From Flectonema sp. DT1601 (Eukaryota): a stretch of DNA of 64,000 nucleotides. The stretch is from positions 62,001 through 126,000 of the forward strand of contig OZ025802.1 of NCBI GenBank assembly GCA_964019425.1, in the 5' to 3' direction. Position numbers and translations under genes: made by a program. The notes beneath the pieces were generated by a model. It did no database searches, was not told the DNA's origin, and was given only the letters and a program-made list of their open reading frames with translations. Below are positions 56,846 to 64,000 of this stretch, piece by piece (position 1 is the first letter of the stretch; each line of letters starts with the position of its first letter).

Positions 56846-58253
56846 AAACTATTTGTGTAGGAAAGACCCCTTTACCCATAAATAAATTAATCACATCACA
56901 CGACTGAAGTCTTTGAAGGAACTCATTTGGTACTTTTTTGTTTTGCGCTGGTTTGAAAAAAAAAAATTAATTAAAAAGTAAAATAAAAAAAGTTATTATG
57001 TCACGTCTTCCAAAAACCCAGCCCTGTTGTTCTTGTTTTTTTGGATCTCTCAATTTTTTTTTTTTTTTTTTTTTTTTCATTCTTGTTTATTTTTTTTATT
57101 TTTTTTTTTCCCCTTTAAAATTAAATTAAAGAAACGAAAGTCTATCGATACACATTCTCCAAGGAACCCAAGGGGTGTCGTTGAGTTGCTTCGCTCTCGT
57201 TATCGTCGATTTTTTGTTTTTTGTTTTTTGTTTTAGAATGGGGGGAATATTTTATATTCCTATCAGGATGGTGGCCATGGTCGTTATTTCTTTTTTTTTT
57301 TTTTTTTTTTCTTTCCCCCTTCTTTCTGTTCTCCTTTTTTTTTCGTTCTATTTTTGTAAAAAAAACCGACGCGCGTAGAATCTATTTTTTTTCTCGGTTT
57401 TCTTTTCCCCACCCCTTATTTAATCCTGTTTCTTATAAACGTTTCCAATGAAGCCGTTGGCTGTTGAACCCGAGAAGTTATTCTCGGATACTGACAGTAT
57501 CAGGTTAAGGAGAACTACAACTAAAAAGAAGAAAAAAAAATAGAAAAAAAAAATCGGGTGAGAGAGTGTAATAATTTTTTTTTTTTTTTTTTGTATTTTT
57601 CTCTCTCAGCGTATGTGACCAAAAGAAAATAAATAAATAAAACAAGAAGTCGGCAACACAAGTTAGAAAAACGCTGTACGAAGATGTACGAAGATAGCGC
57701 GAGGATAAGAATTTCGGACGAACTGATGAAAGAAAACCCAGCAGTACATTCTACAACGGCGTCACTCAATATGACTCAGCCACTGCATATGTTTGCCAAC
57801 TAGAGAGAACGTTAGGCTGGGGTGGGTTTCTTAATAATTTCTGTTTCTTTTTTCTTTTTTCTTTTTTTTTTTTTTTTTGTAACATTCTGAGGTTATCTCT
57901 TCCTCAGCTAAAAATTAAAAAAGAAAAGTGAGAAATAGAAAAAGGGAGAAAAATTGGGGAAGAGCAGGAAAAAGAAATCCAACAAACTCCACTCAGCTGA
58001 GACCCCGACAAGGCGCAGCACACTACACTTTGGAAGTTCAGTTCTCATTCAGAATTGTTGCATTTGAGAATTACTCTCTATGCTGTGTTCCAAGATGTAG
58101 ATCCTCAGTGGATTGTACAATGAAACACATCTCGGTTCTTACAGTGAAGAAGTGTATCAATCATGTTAACGATGTATAAATACGCCAGCAGTCTTATTTT
58201 CTCTTTTATATTTAAAAGAAAGCTATAAAAGAAGACCTAATGATATCTACTGT

Positions 58254-58897
58254 CTATGATGTTGTGTTCCACCAACCAGTTCTAAGTCTTCGAAGATTCC
58301 TGAACTCTTCGTGATCGCTCTTTCGGAGTGCAATCAGTGCAGCCTGGTACTTGGCTTCATCTTTTCTGTATAGCGCATCACAGAAGTCAACTAATGTTTG
58401 CATTAATTCTTGTGGAAGTCTTCCACTAGTAGCATGCATAAACACATCAGATATAATTGTATGAACTTGTTTCAAACGAGTATTAATACCGGGAGTTGAG
58501 GCCATTCCATTATAAACTCTAGTAAGAGCTTCAACAATATAAGTAGCTGAAGGGTTTAATGTATTCATATCATAAACAGGAAGAGGTTCAACAGCTGGTT
58601 GATTGTTCCACTGTTGCTGAGTATGTTGTTGCTGTGGCTGAGTAGTTTGGTGTTGCTGTGGATAAGCAGGTTCAGCAGCTACCTGAGACTCTTGTTGAGT
58701 TGGGTAACCCCCGTTGTGGAATGCGGAGTCTTGTTGCATACCACGCTGCTGTTGCTGCGGCTGTTGCTGCTGCTGCTGTGGGTATCCAGCATGAGGCTGT
58801 CCAACACCACCGCCACCCATTTGGAAGTTATCTTGTCCTCCCATTTGATGCCCTCCCATCATGTGCTGTTGCTGTTGTTGCCGTTGCTGTTGTTGTT

Positions 58898-58940
<43 letters not shown>

Positions 58941-61682
58941 TTGTTGTTGTTGTTGCTGCTGCTGCTGCTGTTGTTGCTGGAGGTGCGCATCTTGACCATA
59001 GCTTCCGTAATTTCCTGCAGCGGTAGCGCTAGGTGGGAGGCCAGTCTGTCTGGAAGGACTAACAACCTGGTTCTGGTTAGCTGGTACGTTGTGGTTTTGA
59101 GCACCTCCTCCCCATTGGCCCTGCTGCGTCTGCTGTTGCGGGTGATGTTGTGGTTGTTGAATGTGTGGCTGTCCTCCAAAACCAGTTGGATGAGTCGGTG
59201 GGGTGACAGGCATACCACCAAATCCGGCCGGCTGCGCAGCTTCTTGAAGTGCACGTTGTTGTTCCTGTTGTTGCATTTGTTGCTTTTGCTGTTCCATTTC
59301 AGGAGTCCATGGCTGAATTACGAACTCTTCAAAAGGATTAGCTGCGTTAGGATCTTGCCAACTTCCGTGAGCTTTCATTAATCTCCACTTCAGTGACTGA
59401 GATCCTTCATGATCAGGTGGAGCGTAGTAAAGTTGAGTAAGAGCGAATTCCATTCCCTGCCTGTCAAAAGCAGAGAGGTTGGTAGCGTACTTACACTGAA
59501 GGTCCAGATAGTCTTTAATAGTACAATTCGTACCAGTAATACGAGAGAAGACAGTGACTAATTCAATAATACTATCAAGTGATTCTGAAGAGAGTGACTT
59601 CACTAAGTGATTAGCAGCTTCATCAACACAACCAGCACTTAAATAACAAACGAGTGGTGGGATTGTATCTTTTGATGAAACCTCACAAAGAGCATCACCA
59701 AGAGCTTTGCAAGGCGATTTGATTTCTTCTCCTTCGCCAGCACGTACAGTGATAAGGGCAAGGACTTCTTTCCAAGTGACGGTGGCGGTTTTGTTCTTAA
59801 CCTTTTCAATAAGAGAGTCCAAAGCAACAGATCCTTCGACCATCACCTGCACCATATCGATTAGAGTCGAGGAAGGATCACGAGTCTTTCCTTTTAAACT
59901 GTTATAGTAAGCTTCCTTTACTTCCTGAAATGACTGATTATCTCTACATTGTGTTAATACTAAAGCATCAGCAATTCTACCTCCACATAAAAGCCATTTT
60001 TGCGCTGCTGCAGTATCAGCAACAAGGAGAGACTTCTTAGCAAGCAGATCAGCTTCTTCTGGTGATACACCGTTAGTGTCTTTTTGTATATCATCTGTCT
60101 TCATGTTTAAGTATTCCAGCATTCCTTCTCTGCTATTAGCGAGTGGGAGTTGTGATGAGAGGACAGCCCAAGCTGTTTCAACTATTCCATTTCCTCCACT
60201 GTTGCTGCGAGTCTTACAGTAGGCTGCAATGTCTTCAGCGCTTCCGTATAACATTCTTTGAAAGTCGCTTACTCTCGCACAGATTCCGTTTTCTTCTAAA
60301 GCTGCTGCAACTGGAGTGACTAACGGATTCAAGTCACCAGAGTTGTATCTCGATGGTAACTTCTTTGATGAAAAACAAACAAGTCTTCCGCCAAAAGCAA
60401 ATGACGCTCCAACTGGCCGTTTCAACCATCCTGGTGCTGCTACTTTCCCTGTCGCTCCACTTCCAGATGCGATTGAGTGCATGCTGTGGACTTTAAGCTT
60501 TCCTGAACCAGTAGCACATGAGGCAAGTAATGGCATCTGTTTTTTTGTTGATATCATTTCGAATATTTAAAACAGAAGGGAAAACAGAAATCAAATCATA
60601 CCAACGGATGCCATGCGACATGAACGTTTCTACCATCTGGAGCAGGGAGTTCCTGGATTACTTCTTCACCTTGAGCTCCGTTAGGATTCCACATCGTCAT
60701 TCTGATTGATTTAGTTAATTAGATTTTGACTATTGAAATACAAAAGAGAGACGAATACAATCAACGCATACCTTCCATCATTCGCAGTTGCGACTAAAAG
60801 GTTAGGATCTTGAATACTCCATGAGAGTGAATTAATACCACCATTGTGACCTTCAAGGACTGCCTTAGGCATGTGTTTGTTAGCATGAACATCCCAAATG
60901 TGAATTGGTGAAGGTCCGTGAGAGTAACCTCCACTAGCAGTTGTTCCCACAGCAAGTTCATAACAAGGAGCATGTGGTGTCCATGTTAAAGATGTGAAGC
61001 TGGAGTATCCTTGTCCTACCTGAAGCATTACCTTTTTAGATTTCAAGTCCCAAAGAACTACAAAACCTGATACTGTCGCTGCTGCTAAAAGATAATTATG
61101 TGCGGGATTGAACTTGACATCACTAATACTCGCCTTATTACTAGACAAGTACTGAGGATCTAGAGGAAGCTCAAGAGGATTGGTTGGATCTTTTAATTGC
61201 CAAACAGAAATATGACCATTAGCTCCACCTGTAGCAATACAGGCTGGAGTTGTTTTTGTTAAGAAATCAAGACAAGTAATATTTCCTTGAGGGTGTTTTA
61301 TGATTCCTACGTCAGCTGGAGTTCCAGCAATCAAGTCATCAACGCTCCACATTCTTAAAGAACCATCGGTGAGGACACCTGCAATGATTCCGTTTTCGTA
61401 CTTCTTCTTTTCACCGAATGTCTTCCCGCTGACACCAACAGCCCACTCAATTCTGTCGAATCGAAGGTCTCCAATCTCTTTTGTTACTTTTGGTGTTAGT
61501 TTTCCATCCACAAGATTAACATCGTAAATAATTAACTTTCCCTGTTCTGCTTGAGGAGCATCACTCCCTTCATCCATAAACAAACCTCCTCCTGAAAACA
61601 TCGACTCAGCAGTGCTGCCCACTACGAGCATTGTTTTCCTTCCAGGAAACCATGCGAACACGCTGGAGCCTCCTGCCTCCAT
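58254..61682 (-). CDS. SEC31: COPII outer-coat protein Sec31; exons 61682-60772, 60701-60602, 60536-58254
   Basis: N-terminal WD40 propeller; introns 60702-60771 and 60537-60601 join in frame; APGWLKRPVGASFAFGGRLV motif; alpha-solenoid; Pro/Gln-rich linker; helical C-terminal domain. Confidence 0.88.
58866..58979 (-). repeat. Coding CAG/CAA microsatellite (polyglutamine) in Sec31
   Basis: More than 30 consecutive Gln codons. Confidence 0.95.
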
Positions 61683-62088
61683 TTTTGTCAGAGCCTTTGT
61701 TGAAAAATAATAATAATAATATTTTTTTAATGTGTTTTACACTTCCAGTATGAGTACAGTACATCTCACAGAAGTATTCATATTGATGTGATCCTGTTAT
61801 TCGTAAGGTGAGGTGAGGTATGAAATGCTACTCAGATATCGATGTTGTTGTATCAAAGAAGTACCAAAAATTAACAAATTATGTCGGATAGGTCATCGTG
61901 ATCTTAAACAGAATGCTTCGAATTGACTTCAGAGGGATAGCGCAGTGTTCGAACTGCAGTGTAAGTATTGGTGACTTGTTTTAGGTCAGAAGAGATGGTT
62001 AAGACTTTTAATGAAAATGTGTTTTCTAAGTTGTCACATCCATCTCAATTGAGTAGAAGAAATATAACTTCCCAACAGCCACATCTTC

Positions 62089-63783
62089 TTATGGAACAAA
62101 GAATCGATTGGGACCTTTTCCAGACTGCGAACCTATTGTGCAGTTCTTCTTCCTTTGGACGAATTTTCCTTCAGCAGAAACCACCGTCAAGAAATCGGGA
62201 GCAGGAGCTCCAGTACGTGAAGTCTGTGACTGCATAGTTTTATTACGCAGAACATGAGGAGGAACAGCTTGAACTCGCCTTCGAGCGAGAACCGATAGAT
62301 TCCGATCCGCAGCAAGTCTGGTTTGGGTGGTGTCAGGTGAGTTGCGAACTTTCTCTTTTGACGGGCGCGGCTTAGAAGAAACGTCGTCTTTTGATCCGAC
62401 CGCCGGCGGCTCCGGGTGGTATGCGGCATCACCATCGCCCTCCGTGTCAATGTCACCGTCGTATCGAATTTGGTTGTCGGTTGACGATGGATCGTCTGGA
62501 CGAGGAGGGACTCCGGCTTCGTTTTGCCACGCTTCGAAATTAATATTCCACATTGCTAAAGCTTCCATAGGAGATACCCTATTATTAATATGATTATTAC
62601 TTCTAAGTTGATTATCTTCTGTTATCGAATGGTCAGACATCGCGTCAGACGATGTTGGATCGGTTGTGACGGCTGCTTCAGCATCTTCGAGTTTGACGGC
62701 ATTTTCTGCCCGTCGCTCACGAATTCGCTGACGACGATCTCTTCGCTGACGTTCCTTGCGAAGCTGCTCATCAACTCTTTCCTGTCTTTTAACGGCATTC
62801 TCCGTCGCAACAAATTGATCAGACTTTCCCATATCTGTTGTTGCTTGAAGTGCTCTGTTCTTCCACCTTTCACTCTCTTTTTGAACTCTTCTTTTGGAAG
62901 CATTCGTCTTAGCAAGTTCCTTTCTGGTTGCCTCATATTCCATGTACAGCAACTCAAGAGAGGCTCGTTCTACACGACGCTGTTTTAATGCGTCTTCAAG
63001 TTGGCTGTTCTTCTCTTTTGATTCTTTTAATTGTTTCCTCAGTTTGTGAACTTCGTATTGATGTTGTTTTAAGTTTTGTTGTGCGAGATCTTGTTCAGTT
63101 CTCATCCTCTCGTGACTTGTTTCTAATTGTTTACAACGAGCCAAGACTCCCTCGATAGAGTCGTTCTGCCTTTGAAGAACCATCTGTAAATGGTCGTTAC
63201 CCTGAAGGGCTATTTTAGCTTCTTCAGATAGGGCTCGGTAGGCTTCAGCTCGAAACTTTTTCTCTGCTTCGCTGAGTCTTTTTTTGAATTCTGATTCAAG
63301 CTGTGCTCTGAAATCGACCATTTCCGTATTCGCACGGGATTTTAAATCGTCGTTACTACCCTGAAGTTTTTCTACCACAGCTTCATATTGTAGAAGTGAC
63401 TCTCGTAGGTTACGGTTTTCCTTCTCAAAGCTACTGAATAACTGATTTTCTTCCACAAGACGAGTAATTTCAAGTTCTAAGTATTTATTTCTGTGATCTA
63501 ATTCCATCACCCTAGTCTTCGCCTCTTCGCCTTGTACTTCAGCTTCTTGTCCGCTCATTTGACTTACTTTTTGTAGTTCTTCTTGCAGGAAGTTTATTAC
63601 TTGATCTTTCTTCCCTTCAGCGTCTTTAAGATGTTGGATTAAAGCGTCTTGTTGAGTTAGTTGGAGAGATAGTTTTGCGTATTCTCTTCTCGTTTGATCT
63701 AATTCAGCGAGTAGGTCTTGCATTGCTGTCTTTGTCTCACTGAGTTGACCTTTTCCATCATTTTTCTGTGGAGATCCCGACAT
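62089..63783 (-). CDS. Long coiled-coil protein, possibly flagellar (CFAP157-like)
   Basis: About 350 aa of heptad-rich helix including KKDQVINFLQEEL, then a disordered tail; the family guess is weak. Confidence 0.75.
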   Translation of the reverse strand: MSGSPQKNDGKGQLSETKTAMQDLLAELDQTRREYAKLSLQLTQQDALIQHLKDAEGKKDQVINFLQEELQKVSQMSGQEAEVQGEEAKTRVMELDHRNKYLELEITRLVEENQLFSSFEKENRNLRESLLQYEAVVEKLQGSNDDLKSRANTEMVDFRAQLESEFKKRLSEAEKKFRAEAYRALSEEAKIALQGNDHLQMVLQRQNDSIEGVLARCKQLETSHERMRTEQDLAQQNLKQHQYEVHKLRKQLKESKEKNSQLEDALKQRRVERASLELLYMEYEATRKELAKTNASKRRVQKESERWKNRALQATTDMGKSDQFVATENAVKRQERVDEQLRKERQRRDRRQRIRERRAENAVKLEDAEAAVTTDPTSSDAMSDHSITEDNQLRSNNHINNRVSPMEALAMWNINFEAWQNEAGVPPRPDDPSSTDNQIRYDGDIDTEGDGDAAYHPEPPAVGSKDDVSSKPRPSKEKVRNSPDTTQTRLAADRNLSVLARRRVQAVPPHVLRNKTMQSQTSRTGAPAPDFLTVVSAEGKFVQRKKNCTIGSQSGKGPNRFFVP

Positions 63784-64000
63784 TGCTGAAGGGAACAACC
63801 TTTTTTTTAGAAGAATATTTATAAACTTTTTTGTTATTTAAGACTGCTGACAACAAAAAATATTCTCAAAATTAATATTACTGTGGTTGATAAAATAAAT
63901 AAACAAACTTGGTCAGCTGATCTCCGTCATATTCTCAAAACCAAAACAAACCAAACGAATCGTAACGGGTGTGGAGAATAACAAATAATGAGAGACACCT

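Larger units (their letters stand above)
54938..56877. mobile_element. Non-autonomous Mutator-like (MULE) element with two retroelements nested in its right TIR
   Basis: 9-bp TSD ATAAATAAA (54929-54937, 56878-56886); GGG...CCC termini; 69-bp left TIR (54938-55006) matched by a right TIR split into 55707-55742, 56598-56604 and 56852-56877. Confidence 0.88.

Noticed and set aside
43711..58253. Many 60-100 aa ORFs rich in poly-Phe or poly-Lys in the long intergenic regions
   Set aside because: Produced by A/T homopolymer tracts; no coding features
58599..59381. 260-aa poly-Leu and related plus-strand ORFs
   Set aside because: Antisense reading of the Sec31 polyglutamine region

Overview
AT-rich eukaryotic nuclear DNA. 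Every credible host protein-coding gene (about 35 loci) lies on the minus strand, head to tail, and several carry short GT-AG introns with A-rich acceptors. This layout suggests a euglenozoan, possibly diplonemid-like, directional gene cluster (inference, not proven). Main contents: (1) two tandem arrays totalling 15 copies of a stand-alone SCP2 sterol-carrier gene (14 intact, one decayed SCP2/sulfatase chimera), whose spacers keep a covarying 20-nt bulged hairpin even where the rest of the spacer has diverged; (2) between the arrays, a sulfatase, a WD40-like gene and a spliced TrpF-TrpB fusion; (3) a probably mitochondrial amidase-fold protein lacking two catalytic residues, a TFIIIC-like subunit, a dual-specificity phosphatase, NXT1, a GNL1-type GTPase, a UEV-UEV-RING protein, Sec31 and several hypothetical genes; (4) an internally deleted TIR DNA transposon; (5) a Mutator-like element with a 9-bp TSD, which carries GC-rich cruciform repeats between inward-facing tRNA-like boxes and has a LINE fragment and a tRNA-derived SINE nested in its right TIR. 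All family assignments come from motif recognition by eye; no database searches were run.
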